A stretch of 64,000 nucleotides of DNA, taken from positions 1-64,000 of the forward strand of contig JBFMAF010000023.1 of NCBI GenBank assembly GCA_040755995.1, in the 5' to 3' direction. Positions 9,670 through 19,536 of this stretch are shown piece by piece. How positions within the stretch are numbered: the stretch's first letter is position 1; every line of letters starts with the position of its first letter. Source of the DNA: Acidobacteriota bacterium. GTDB taxonomy: Bacteria; Acidobacteriota; CAIWXX01. The notes beneath the pieces were generated by a model. It made no database searches, was not told where the DNA came from, and saw only the letters and a program-made list of their open reading frames with translations. The position numbers were made by a program, and so were the translations under genes.

Positions 9670-10575
9670 ATGACGGACCAAGTGAGCGAGCGGCGCACGG
9701 CCTTGGCTTTCCTCCTGCCCGGCGCCCTTGCTGTCACCGTGCTCGTGTTCGTGCCACTCGTCTGGGTGGTCTGGCTGAGCTTCAGACGTGCAATGCCCGT
9801 CTTCGGCGTCGACCGGTTCGCGGGGCTGGAGAACTTCGTCCACCTCTTCTCCGACTCGCGCTTCTGGGCTGCCGCAGGCAACACGCTCTACTTCGCAGTG
9901 GTGGCCGTGAGCATCGAGGTAATACTGGGACTTGCCATCGCTCTTCTCATCCACCAGCGCTTTCGCGGGCGCGGCCTCGTCCGCGCGGCGGTCCTGATCC
10001 CATGGGTGATTCCGACCGTGGTCACGGCACGAATGTGGGAGTGGATATACAACCCGGAATTCGGCCTGATGAACTACCTGCTCCGCACCGTCTCGCTGAT
10101 CTCCGGCCCGGTGTCCTGGCTTGGGGATCCGTTCTGGGCCATCCACGCCGCAATCCTCGCCGACGTCTGGAAGACGACCCCCTTCGCCGCCTTGTTGCTT
10201 CTGGCCGGACTGGCCTCGATTCCCCCCGATCTGGCTGACGCAGCACGTGTCGACGGGGCCGGTCTGTGGCAGGTCTTCACGCAGATCACGCTACCTCTGC
10301 TGAGACCTGCTCTGCTCGTCACCGTGCTCTTCCGGTTTCTGGACAGCTTCCGCGTTTTCGACGCCATCTATGTGCTCACGGGCGGGGGACCCGCCAACAC
10401 CACCGAGACGCTCGCGATCTACACCTACAAGGTGCTGTTCCAGACGATGCGCTTCGGATACGGATCGGCGATCGCGTTGAGCACGTTCGCGATGTCAGGC
10501 GTGGCGAGCATCGTGATTGTGGGGCTCGGGAGCCGGTCCGCTCGTGCAACAAGGAGTCCAGACGATGCGCCGTAG
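9670..10575 (+). CDS. Sugar ABC transporter permease (MalF/UgpA-like)
   Basis: FAGLENF, ADVWKTTPF, EAA-like AARVDGA...ITLPLL, TGGGP. Confidence 0.9.
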   Translation: MTDQVSERRTALAFLLPGALAVTVLVFVPLVWVVWLSFRRAMPVFGVDRFAGLENFVHLFSDSRFWAAAGNTLYFAVVAVSIEVILGLAIALLIHQRFRGRGLVRAAVLIPWVIPTVVTARMWEWIYNPEFGLMNYLLRTVSLISGPVSWLGDPFWAIHAAILADVWKTTPFAALLLLAGLASIPPDLADAARVDGAGLWQVFTQITLPLLRPALLVTVLFRFLDSFRVFDAIYVLTGGGPANTTETLAIYTYKVLFQTMRFGYGSAIALSTFAMSGVASIVIVGLGSRSARATRSPDDAP

Positions 10576-11380
10576 AGCTGGATTCCTGCTGCTGCTCTTC
10601 GTGGCGCTGGGCTTCCTGCTGACACCGCCGCTGTGGCAGGTGGCCACGAGTCTGAAGTCCCGCGAGCAGCTCAGCATGCTTCCCCCTCTGCTGCCGGACC
10701 CCCCGACGCTCGAGAACTACCAGGGCGTCTTCGCGGGGAGGCCGTTCGGCCGGCACATCCTGAATGGCACGATCGTGGCGGCACTGACCGCCCTGCTCGC
10801 GCTTCTGCTGGGCGCTCCGGCGGCCTTTGCCGTCAGCAGGCTCGCCATCGCCCGCGCCCGCACCCTTCTCTTCGGATTTCTGGCCGTGTCCTGGATACCT
10901 CCGATCGCAATCGTGAGCCCGATGTACCTGGGCATGCGTGCGTTGGGCCTGCGAGACACGTGGTGGGCTCTCGTCCTGGCAGACACGGCCTTCGTGCTGC
11001 CGCTTACCATCTGGTTCCTCACCACGTTTTTCGACGAGATCCCACAGGATCTGCTGTGGGCTGCGCGAGTGGACGGTGCGACGACAGTCGGCGCGTTCGT
11101 TTACGTGGCGCTGCCGCTCTCAGCCCCCGGCCTGGCGGCCGCTGCGATCGTGGCGTTCATCTATGCCTGGAACGAGTTCCTCTTTTCGCTCGTCCTCACC
11201 AGCTCGCCGGCGGCCCAGACCGTTCCGGTTGCGATCGCCCTGTTCCCAGGCCTGCACGAAATGCCGTGGGGGGAGATCGCGGCCGCCTCGGTGATCGCCT
11301 CCGCGCCCGTTCTGGTGCTCATCCTCATGTTCCAGCGCTGGATCGTACAGGGGCTCACGGCGGGAGCGGTGAGGGAGTAG
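10565..11380 (+). CDS. Sugar ABC transporter permease (MalG/UgpE-like)
   Basis: PTLENY, AARVDGA, FIYAWNEF, QRWIVQGLTAGAV. Confidence 0.9.
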   Translation: MRRRAGFLLLLFVALGFLLTPPLWQVATSLKSREQLSMLPPLLPDPPTLENYQGVFAGRPFGRHILNGTIVAALTALLALLLGAPAAFAVSRLAIARARTLLFGFLAVSWIPPIAIVSPMYLGMRALGLRDTWWALVLADTAFVLPLTIWFLTTFFDEIPQDLLWAARVDGATTVGAFVYVALPLSAPGLAAAAIVAFIYAWNEFLFSLVLTSSPAAQTVPVAIALFPGLHEMPWGEIAAASVIASAPVLVLILMFQRWIVQGLTAGAVRE

Positions 11381-11430
11381 GACGGGGGGCGGCGAAGGAG
11401 CGCAGGCGAACATCGGGACCAGGAGGCAAC

Positions 11431-12684
11431 ATGCAAGGGAATTTGGGGACTGAACACCGCGAACAGCTCTGGAAGATTCTCGAAGCGGCCCTTGGAGCGG
11501 TGCGCGGGTCCGCTTGCGTGAGCAGGTATCTTCGCACGCGAGAGCTGTGCGAGCCGGTCTACTTGATCGCATTCGGGAAAGCAGCGTGCGCGATGGCTCG
11601 TGGGGTGCTGGAAGCGCTCGGCGATCGAATCCTCGACGCCTGCGTCGTGACAAAGCACGGGCACGCCGAGCCGCTTCCGTGGCCGGTGATCGAGGCGGGC
11701 CATCCGGTGCCGGACGAGCAGAGCCTGGAGGCCGGCAGGCGGCTCGTGGACTTCGCCCGGGGAATACCATCCGACGCCCGCGTGCTTGCGCTGCTCTCCG
11801 GAGGCGCCTCGGCAGTGCTGGATCTGCTTCCCAACGGTGTCACGCTCGCGGATCTCCAGGCGCTCAACGGCTGGCTCCTGGGTTCGGGGCTCGACATCGC
11901 GTCCATGAACCGGATACGAAAGCAGGTCTCGCTGATCAAGGGCGGCAGGCTGGCGCGGATGCTCTACCCAAGGCGCGTGTTGTGCCTGGCCATTTCCGAC
12001 GTGCCCGGCGACGATCGGCGCGCGATCGGCTCGGGACCGCTCGTGCCCGACGAGGATCTGCAGAAACCTCTCGACATGGCCGTCCTGCCCGAGCACCTAC
12101 GGACCATCGTGTCGCGTGGCACCCCGGCGCCCGCGCCGGATGATCCATGCTTCGAGGCCGTCGAGTTCCACATTGTAGCGAGGCTCGACGACGCCAAGCG
12201 CGCGGCGGCGGAGGCGGCGAGACGTCTTGGCTACGCGGTGGAAGTGGAAACCGAGTTTGTTTCCGGCGATGCGGTGGAGGCCGGTGCGCGGATGGCGGCG
12301 CGCTTGTTGAGGAGCGCATCGGGAGTCGTGCATGTGTGGGGAGGAGAGACGACCGTGAAGCTCCCGGTGTCACCCGGGCGCGGCGGGCGCAACCAGAGTC
12401 TGGCGCTGTCGGCGGCCAGGGTGTTGCGCGGAGTGTCTGGGGTCTGGTTCCTCGCCGCCGGGACGGATGGCACGGACGGTCCGACTCAGGACGCGGGCGC
12501 TCTGGTCGACGGCGGCACGATCGATCGCGGTGAGGCCCACGGGCTTGACGCAGCCGATTCCATCGCACGTGCCGACGCTGGAACGTTCCTCGAAGCCAGC
12601 GGCGATCTCATCCGCACCGGCCCCACAGGCACCAACGTGATGGACGTTTTCCTGGGGCTTCGTGAGCAGGCGCGCAATGGATGA
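11431..12684 (+). CDS. Glycerate 2-kinase, MOFRL/TtuD family
   Basis: AGGAGG RBS; FGKAA, AGHPVPD, LSGGASA, IKGG, ISDVPGD, GGETTV, GRGGRNQ, GTDGTDGPT, TGPTGTNVMD. Confidence 0.9.
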   Translation: MQGNLGTEHREQLWKILEAALGAVRGSACVSRYLRTRELCEPVYLIAFGKAACAMARGVLEALGDRILDACVVTKHGHAEPLPWPVIEAGHPVPDEQSLEAGRRLVDFARGIPSDARVLALLSGGASAVLDLLPNGVTLADLQALNGWLLGSGLDIASMNRIRKQVSLIKGGRLARMLYPRRVLCLAISDVPGDDRRAIGSGPLVPDEDLQKPLDMAVLPEHLRTIVSRGTPAPAPDDPCFEAVEFHIVARLDDAKRAAAEAARRLGYAVEVETEFVSGDAVEAGARMAARLLRSASGVVHVWGGETTVKLPVSPGRGGRNQSLALSAARVLRGVSGVWFLAAGTDGTDGPTQDAGALVDGGTIDRGEAHGLDAADSIARADAGTFLEASGDLIRTGPTGTNVMDVFLGLREQARNG

Positions 12685-14518
12685 AGGAGCAGGCCGGCCA
12701 CAGTACCGCCTGGAACCGGATTACACGCGACCGCTTCTGGAGATCCCTGAGGCCATCGAACAACGCATCCGCAAGAGGATCCGATTCCTGTATGGCGATG
12801 CGCGCGAGGATGCGGTCTATCGGGAGGTCGAGCGCACGATACTGGTGCATTGCGCGCATGCAACGCCCGAGGTCATCGCATTCGAAAGGCGTTTCGATCC
12901 GACGCAGCGGTTCACGGAGAGAGACGTAGTTCTGATCACGTACGGAGACCTGATTGTCTCGGGAGACAGGCCTCCACTCAAGACCCTGGCCGACTTTGCG
13001 ACGGTGTTCTTTCGCGGCATCATTACCACGCTGCACGTCTTGCCGTTCTATCCGTATTCCTCCGATAGGGGCTTCGCCGTGACGTCCTACAAGGAGGTTG
13101 ACCCGAGTCTGGGAACGTGGGAGGAGATACGAGACATCGCGTCCTCGTTCAAGCTGATGTTCGACGGCGTTCTTAATCACATGTCGTCGAAGAGCGAGAC
13201 ATTCCAGCGATTCCTGGACGGAGACCCGGACGTGCGGGACTATTTCATCGCATTCTCGACCAAGAAGGCCATCGACGACGATCACCTGAAGCTCATTCTA
13301 CGGCCCCGCACCTCGCCGTTGCTCACGGAGTTTCCCACGATCAAGGGGCAGAGGTTCGTGTGGACGACGTTTTCGGCCGATCAGATAGATCTGAACTACA
13401 AGAACCCGAAGGTCCTCATCGATGTGCTCGAGGTCTTGCTCGGTTATTGCCGCCGGGGCGCGGATCTCATCCGGCTGGACGCTGTCACCTACCTCTGGCA
13501 CGAGCTGGGTACATCGTGCGCCCATCTCGAACAGACCCATGAGATCGTCAAGCTGATTCGCGATGTCCTCGATGCAGCAGCGCCGCATGTGGGTATCATC
13601 ACGGAGACCAATGTGCCGCATCGAGACAACATCACGTATTTCGGAGACGGTTCGGATGAGGCCCAGATGGTCTACAACTTCGCTCTGCCGCCGATCCTGC
13701 TGCACACCTTTCTGAAGGGGGACGCCGGGGCCCTCTCAAGGTGGGCCGGGACACTCGCCCCGCCGTCCAGCACGACCGCTTTTTTCAACTTCCTCGATTC
13801 CCACGACGGCATCGGACTACTCGGGGCGAGAGATATCCTGACCCCGCTAGAGATCGCCGCCCTGTGCGACTGGGTGAGGGAAGAGGGTGGGTTTGTATCC
13901 GTGAGGACCGATGGAGACGGCAAGGAGAGCCCCTATGAATTGAACATCACCTGGTTCAGCGCGTTGAACGGCGGAAGCCAGCTCGATCCGGTCGAGATAC
14001 AGGTGGCCCGGTTCATGGCATCCCGAGCGGTAGCACTGTCGCTGCGGGGCGTTCCCGGAATTTACCTGCCGAGCATGTTCGGCTCGGCGAACGATGTCGA
14101 TGCCGTCTACCGCGATGGCACGTACCGCAGCATCAACCGTGCCGCCATAGACGAAGAACAGCTCCTTCAGGCATTCGCTGATCCGGGCTCAGTCCCGGCC
14201 CGCATCGCCAGGAGCTACATCAGACTCCTCGATGTGAGGGTTCATGAGCCCGCCTTTCACCCCAACGGTGACCAGAAGGTCCTGGATCTGAGTCCGGCGG
14301 TATTCGCCACCGTCCGCACGTCTCCCGACCTCGCATCTCGCGTGGTGTGTCTGATCAATGTCACTCGTGAGGCCGTGCCACTGGACGTGCCGCTCGGAGC
14401 GACATGCGTGTGCGGCAGCGCGCTTCACGACTTGATTACAGGCCGAAGCATCTCTCCTGATTCCGACCCCTGGCATCTCGTCATGGAGCCATACCAGATC
14501 ATGTGGCTCAAGGAGTGA
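12677..14518 (+). CDS. GH13_18 sugar phosphorylase, likely glucosylglycerate phosphorylase
   Basis: LITYGD, SSDRGF, VLNHMS, WTTFSADQIDLN, RLDAV, ITETNVP, SHDGIG, YELN; adjacent glycerate kinase. Confidence 0.85.
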   Translation: MDEGAGRPQYRLEPDYTRPLLEIPEAIEQRIRKRIRFLYGDAREDAVYREVERTILVHCAHATPEVIAFERRFDPTQRFTERDVVLITYGDLIVSGDRPPLKTLADFATVFFRGIITTLHVLPFYPYSSDRGFAVTSYKEVDPSLGTWEEIRDIASSFKLMFDGVLNHMSSKSETFQRFLDGDPDVRDYFIAFSTKKAIDDDHLKLILRPRTSPLLTEFPTIKGQRFVWTTFSADQIDLNYKNPKVLIDVLEVLLGYCRRGADLIRLDAVTYLWHELGTSCAHLEQTHEIVKLIRDVLDAAAPHVGIITETNVPHRDNITYFGDGSDEAQMVYNFALPPILLHTFLKGDAGALSRWAGTLAPPSSTTAFFNFLDSHDGIGLLGARDILTPLEIAALCDWVREEGGFVSVRTDGDGKESPYELNITWFSALNGGSQLDPVEIQVARFMASRAVALSLRGVPGIYLPSMFGSANDVDAVYRDGTYRSINRAAIDEEQLLQAFADPGSVPARIARSYIRLLDVRVHEPAFHPNGDQKVLDLSPAVFATVRTSPDLASRVVCLINVTREAVPLDVPLGATCVCGSALHDLITGRSISPDSDPWHLVMEPYQIMWLKE

Positions 14519-14609
14519 TCCCGTCCGCAGCCGCATAGTGCGCACGCCTGGGCTGCCTCTCGTTCACGGATCTCAACTCACGCCCAACAGGAGAGTCGCG
14601 TCCGCGGAT

Positions 14610-16028
14610 CTACTGCTTCAGGCTGAACTTGATCACCTGGTCGTAGAGGATCTCATGCCAGGCGGGTCCCACGTTCGTAGAAGGTTCCATGTACGCGCGG
14701 AATGCGACGAACAGATCCGTGTTGAGATCGACCGGTGGGCAGGCCCCTAGCTCATCCGGCAACTTGATTGGCAGGCAATCCGGATCTCCATTGCAGTCCC
14801 GTGCGGCTTTCCCCACGTATAGGAAGCGGGCCATGTCCTGATAGGGCCCGAGGTCATAGTCATCCGCGCTTCCTGCAAGATTGCGACTGTGGTCTCCCGC
14901 AATGCCCAGTTCCCGTCCCTTGTTGTAGATCGAGAAGTTCGAATAGGTCGCCTTCCCCGCAGCCTCGTGATTGACGCCATAGATGATCAAGAATTCGTTC
15001 GGGTCCTCTGATAGTGTGAAGTAGTCGCTCCGCAGGTAGCTCGTATCGCGTGTTTCGCCAAGCAGGTTGATCCTCCTCTGTATTCCGTCCGCCCCCTCGG
15101 TCAGCCAGACCTTCGTGGTGAGCTCGGTCGGCCGATAGTCCTGATATTCCTCCAGGATGGCGCGCCTGAGCGCCTGCAATGCCGGCATCAAGTCCATCTC
15201 GGTCTTTCCCGTGCCGCGGATACGAAGATCCGGCATCGGGAACGGGTCAGGTCTGTTGGGTGGTGTCTTCGGCCTGAGATGAAATACAACCCCACCTGGG
15301 TCTTGCAGGTACTCGTCCAGCTCGTCTTCGTGCCCCTTCTCCGCCATGAAGAGGCGGTGGAGGAATACAAATGTGTCCGATGCCGGGCCGACGCCCATCT
15401 CGACGATCGACGTGGGAACTACGGCCGTGTTCAGGATGCTATGCGGGATTCCAGCCTGGGTTGCCGCCGATCGAACTCGCGCGTCGATCCCGCCGTCCCC
15501 TGTCGTGATGACTACGAAGTCCTTCTCGAACGGGCGGGTGCCAATCTCCCCCGATCTCATGAGCGTGTTGATGTTCATGGCATCCCCATGACTGGTGAAA
15601 ACAAGGATTCGGCTTCCGGTCTCGTCGTAGTAGTGCTTGCGAATGTAGTTCTGATAGCTGAGATACGCCACAGGTGGGGGCGTCCTCCCTATCAGTACAA
15701 CGGCGTCGTAGGGTTCGAGCTGGAATTCCTTCGGCACATTGATTCCGCCCTCCTGGTACGTGTACGTCAGGTAGGGAGCTCCAGCGTTGTTTCCATAGCC
15801 GCTGGCCATGAGACCCAGACATACCAGGGCGGCGATGTTGACCCGGCCATAGCCCCATTGCGTGACGGCAAAGCCGTCGTTCTCGAGATTCGTCTTGAAC
15901 GCATCGATTCGTGCCTGGGGAACACCGTCTGGCTGTTCCCCGGAGCTCCATCTGCCATCCGCAGCGATGAGGGACGCTGCAACGAAATGGAATGCAAATG
16001 CGGCAGAAAGCGCGATGTGTGTCTTCAT
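14610..16028 (-). CDS. Secreted hypothetical protein
   Basis: GAGGAG RBS, signal-peptide-like MKTHIALSAAFAFHFVAASLIAA; no family recognised. Confidence 0.75.
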   Translation of the reverse strand: MKTHIALSAAFAFHFVAASLIAADGRWSSGEQPDGVPQARIDAFKTNLENDGFAVTQWGYGRVNIAALVCLGLMASGYGNNAGAPYLTYTYQEGGINVPKEFQLEPYDAVVLIGRTPPPVAYLSYQNYIRKHYYDETGSRILVFTSHGDAMNINTLMRSGEIGTRPFEKDFVVITTGDGGIDARVRSAATQAGIPHSILNTAVVPTSIVEMGVGPASDTFVFLHRLFMAEKGHEDELDEYLQDPGGVVFHLRPKTPPNRPDPFPMPDLRIRGTGKTEMDLMPALQALRRAILEEYQDYRPTELTTKVWLTEGADGIQRRINLLGETRDTSYLRSDYFTLSEDPNEFLIIYGVNHEAAGKATYSNFSIYNKGRELGIAGDHSRNLAGSADDYDLGPYQDMARFLYVGKAARDCNGDPDCLPIKLPDELGACPPVDLNTDLFVAFRAYMEPSTNVGPAWHEILYDQVIKFSLKQ

Positions 16029-16119
16029 TGATCCATTCTCCTCCTCTGGAAGCAGTCGCCGGCGTTGCGACGTCAGGGTGGACGAAATGTGGTGCACCTG
16101 TTTATGAATACCCAGCTCG

Positions 16120-16152
16120 AAAAACGCCGGCGGGGCGCCGATGCCCCGCCGG
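16120..16152 (-). terminator. Intrinsic terminator after gene 16196-18220
   Basis: 10-bp stem CCGGCGGGGC/GCCCCGCCGG followed by CGTTTTT on the minus strand. Confidence 0.65.
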
Positions 16153-16195
16153 TAGTTGTCGTCGACTTGGCGATGCGCGGCCTGCTGGTAGAGGG

Positions 16196-18220
16196 CTACT
16201 GCCACTTCACGTTCGGGCCATTGCCCACTATGTCCACGCCCGCCGGGAACGTGCCGGTGTAGTCGGTCCACGGCGGATCGTGGTCCCACGTGTTTCCAAC
16301 TGCGTTGACAAGTGTGGCTGGGTCGTCGTTCCCGAAGTTGTGCAGAGCACCAGCGCCCAGGTTCCGGATGATGTTGCCGCCCAGGTGGCTTGCATCGGTT
16401 CCGAAATCCGGGTGCGCTCCGGAGGTGCACACCACGCCCTCGAGCAGGTTGTCAATGATACTGCTGTCTCTGCAAGGGCCGACGGCACCTGCTCCGGTCA
16501 GCAGCATCCCCACAGGGCTGGACTGGAACGACGATCCACGTATGTCCATGGAAGAGTCCTGGGCAATCAGTCCCGTCAGGATGGAACTTGTGACCAGGCT
16601 GTTCTGAATCTCGACATCGACATTCGTGACGGCGACACCGGCGAGGCCGCCGATAATCGTGCTGTTCACGAGCTCCAGTGAGGGGGTTCCCGGTCCGAGC
16701 GGTGCCAGGGCGACGCCGGCGAGGTATCCTGCGATTCGGCAGTTGCGCACGTCCAGATGTCCCATGGTTGCCCCCGGCGCGATCCCTGAGACCGGGATGA
16801 GCCCACCGCCGTAGAGTCCCACTGAATCCAGGACGCTGCCGGGATCCATCAGCACAGTGCAGGGGATAGGTGCGACAAGTCCGGCTCCGGCGACCACGGT
16901 TTGCGTTGCCCCCGCGCCCTCGAGCTTTACGCCGGACGGTATCAGAAGCGGGAACTGTTCGCCGTTGGAAACATCGTACAACCCCTCCGCTGCGGAGACC
17001 GTATAGCCGTCCGTGGCTTCCGACAAGCCCTTCGTCATCGACTTGTAGGGATTCTCCATGCTGCCCACACCTGTCGCATCGTCCCCGTTTTCCGCATCCA
17101 CGTAAATGGTCGTGGCGGCGCCAGTGATCTTGACGATCTGGGAATCGAGCGCGGACAACCCATCTGTGTCGGTCACGGTGATGGTGTAGGTCGTGGTGGT
17201 CCGGGGGGCGACCGTTGTCGATCCATCCACAGGCACAGAACCGACCCCCTGGTCAATCGTCGCCGTGACGGCATTGAACGACGTCCAGCTCAGGGTTGCG
17301 CTATCGCCCTGCGCCATGGTATCCGGCGATGCCGTCAGGTCCACCGAGACGCGCCACGCCAATATCTGATCGATAAGCTGCTTGGCCATCAGGATCAGCG
17401 TGTTTCGACCGGTCGTTCTCAGCCGGGGGTCGTCTACCTCTTTCACATACTTGATGAACTTCTGCAGCTGGGCGCCGGTACGCCTCTTGTTGCGTCTCCC
17501 GTATGCCTTCTCTGCATTCGCCAGGTACTTCAGAAGCCTCTGCCGGGTCTGATCGCTCATTCGCACAGTCAGGACGGCATCCTTGAGCGTGTCGAAGTCG
17601 ATGATCGCCAGAGCGTCCTCGGCGAAGACCGGAAGAGCCGCGATTCCTGTGCTGGAAGTGGTCGCGCCTGCGAAGCGGCCGTCTCCTATGCCGCGCGCCG
17701 AGGAAACGGTCCTGTCGTAGAAGTTGAGCGTCGAGACGTCGGTCCGCCCGTCTCGATCGATGTCTCCGGCCGAGATCATCACCGGGCACGGACCCACTGC
17801 GATCGAGGCCGAACGCTCGAACTCTCGATCGCCTCTGGTGAAGAACACGTCGACGCAATCGCCGGCGAAGTCGGCGACCGCGAAATCGTCCGTGCCGTCT
17901 CCATCGAAATCAGCCACGGCCAGGCCCGAGACGACCCCCTCGATGGGAATTCTCTTCAGGTCTTCGAACTTGCGAACATCGATGTACTCGATGCGCGGCG
18001 GCAGCACGAGGATGAAATCAGCGAAGAAGCTCGTCGTTACGATGGCGAACGGCTGGTTGCCATCCGGTGTCGAGCGTGTGAGCACTTTCGAATGCACGGC
18101 CGACCAGGGCCTGGAGAAGTCCTGTGGACCGGCGTGCGCAGTGTCCCACTGGATGAGAGGCAGTACGAGTGCGAGACACCCGACTGCATGGCGGTACCGA
18201 TGACTGGTTGGTTCGGTCAT
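16196..18220 (-). CDS. Secreted multidomain protein: FG-GAP/VCBS repeats, FIMAH-like helical domain, Ig-like domain, DUF1565/beta-helix
   Basis: ADFDGDGTDD and GDIDRDGRTD repeats; ATLSWTS...TTTYTITVT; IYVDAENGDD...GSMENPYKSMT...GEQFPL. Confidence 0.75.
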   Translation of the reverse strand: MTEPTSHRYRHAVGCLALVLPLIQWDTAHAGPQDFSRPWSAVHSKVLTRSTPDGNQPFAIVTTSFFADFILVLPPRIEYIDVRKFEDLKRIPIEGVVSGLAVADFDGDGTDDFAVADFAGDCVDVFFTRGDREFERSASIAVGPCPVMISAGDIDRDGRTDVSTLNFYDRTVSSARGIGDGRFAGATTSSTGIAALPVFAEDALAIIDFDTLKDAVLTVRMSDQTRQRLLKYLANAEKAYGRRNKRRTGAQLQKFIKYVKEVDDPRLRTTGRNTLILMAKQLIDQILAWRVSVDLTASPDTMAQGDSATLSWTSFNAVTATIDQGVGSVPVDGSTTVAPRTTTTYTITVTDTDGLSALDSQIVKITGAATTIYVDAENGDDATGVGSMENPYKSMTKGLSEATDGYTVSAAEGLYDVSNGEQFPLLIPSGVKLEGAGATQTVVAGAGLVAPIPCTVLMDPGSVLDSVGLYGGGLIPVSGIAPGATMGHLDVRNCRIAGYLAGVALAPLGPGTPSLELVNSTIIGGLAGVAVTNVDVEIQNSLVTSSILTGLIAQDSSMDIRGSSFQSSPVGMLLTGAGAVGPCRDSSIIDNLLEGVVCTSGAHPDFGTDASHLGGNIIRNLGAGALHNFGNDDPATLVNAVGNTWDHDPPWTDYTGTFPAGVDIVGNGPNVKWQ

Positions 18221-18275
18221 TTCTTCCCCTCCTCTGAGAACTATTGATGCTGATCCGTACTATATCACTCACGCC

Positions 18276-18329
18276 GCGTGAGAGTCGGCGGCCCGTGAGC
18301 GCGCAAGCGCGAACGTTCGGCATACGAGT
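18276..18329 (+). mobile_element. Right half of degenerate integron attC-like site
   Basis: GCGTGAGAGTCGGCGGCCCGTGAGCGC...AACGTTCGGCATACGAGT aligns to 58782-58827. Confidence 0.5.
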
Positions 18330-18337
18330 GCATCATT

Positions 18338-18832
18338 CTACCGTCCCAGAGCCTGCTGGAGTCTATCGGGTTCTTGACTTCCCAGCAAGACCCTTCGGGT
18401 TGGGATGAAAAAGAACTTGATCTCGGTTGATAGCGAGAGCAGGATGCCGCGGTTCCCTCGCAAGGTGTGGCAGACGGTCCATGCTCCCTGGAATCGACCG
18501 CATCGGATCCCCCAGCCGCCGAACTGCCGGAATGGTCTGTAGCTGACCACCTCGGTCTTCTCGATCGCCTGGACCGGAATGATCTTCGTAAGCCAGCCGA
18601 GGTATCCCCAGCGGACGGTCAAGTTCTCCGCATCTACGTCGATCACAAGACGCCCGAAAAGCGCGGGTATGGCCGCAAGCAACAGCCCGACGAGAAGCAG
18701 AAGCCACACCGTGGGCGCGGGGCTCAGGACGATGAAGACTGCGAGGAACACCAGCATGAAGACGTACAGGAACTGGACGAGCGGATGGAAGGCGATGGCT
18801 TCGGAGTACAGATAGGGCATCTTCAGACTCAC
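18338..18832 (-). CDS. Small membrane protein (two TM helices, GGWGIR motif, bacterial PH-like)
   Basis: Two hydrophobic segments then YRPFRQFGGWGIR; follows the operon directly. Confidence 0.7.
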   Translation of the reverse strand: MSLKMPYLYSEAIAFHPLVQFLYVFMLVFLAVFIVLSPAPTVWLLLLVGLLLAAIPALFGRLVIDVDAENLTVRWGYLGWLTKIIPVQAIEKTEVVSYRPFRQFGGWGIRCGRFQGAWTVCHTLRGNRGILLSLSTEIKFFFIPTRRVLLGSQEPDRLQQALGR

Positions 18833-18834
18833 CG

Positions 18835-19536
18835 CTACAGGTGCGAGATCTGATCCTTGTGCTCGTCGCCGGATGGCGGTTTGTGGAGATAGTGCTCGAG
18901 CAGGTCACGGGCGAGGTCTCGGCCGGCGAGACCGAAGGCGATGGAAAGCGCGATCACGACACCGCCAAACAGGATCGAGAACGCGGCCACCACGACGCGG
19001 GCGGCGAGACCGACCTGTTCGAGCGCGAGGGCCAGCACGAACACCATGATGCCGATCCCCACGGCCCCGCTCACCAGGCGCGCGCCGGGAAACTGCGCGT
19101 TGACCAGCGCGATCAGCACGCCGCGCTGGAGGAACTTGGCCAGCAGCGCGCCGACGATGAAAAGCACAACCGCGATGAAAAGATTGGGGAGGAATCGGAG
19201 GAGGCGCTCGAGCAGAGAGTGAGCCAGCGTCTCATCAAGGGTGCTGACCGAGAGGGCGATGGCGACGACGATGACGATGCCGGCGAACAGTCCGCCCATC
19301 AGGCGGCTCGGCGCCACCGCCAGACCTCCGCGCGCGAGCATCGACCGGATTCCCATGCGGTCGCAGAGCCTGTCGAACCGGGCGAGCGCGAGAGCGCGGC
19401 TGACCACGGATCGGATCAGCCATGCAACGATCACGCCGATGGCGATCACAAGGAGGCTGGCCAGAAGGCGCGACAACAGCAGCCATGCCTGCATGCCAAT
19501 CCTCACGATCGGTTCGATGAACTGGTCGAAGTTCAT
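18835..19536 (-). CDS. MscS-related TM-helix membrane protein
   Basis: Repeated TM helix units (FLPNLFIAVVL), LEQVG...AFSILFGGVVIALSIAFGLAGRD. Confidence 0.75.
   Translation of the reverse strand: MNFDQFIEPIVRIGMQAWLLLSRLLASLLVIAIGVIVAWLIRSVVSRALALARFDRLCDRMGIRSMLARGGLAVAPSRLMGGLFAGIVIVVAIALSVSTLDETLAHSLLERLLRFLPNLFIAVVLFIVGALLAKFLQRGVLIALVNAQFPGARLVSGAVGIGIMVFVLALALEQVGLAARVVVAAFSILFGGVVIALSIAFGLAGRDLARDLLEHYLHKPPSGDEHKDQISHL

Noticed and set aside
9622..9695. 14-bp direct repeat GTGAGCGAGCGGCG before the permease
   Set aside because: Likely a small local duplication of the gene start; no sign of function
10633..11430. 683-aa ORF suggesting an N-terminally extended glycerate kinase
   Set aside because: The extension overlaps the permease in another frame; a clear RBS precedes ATG 11431
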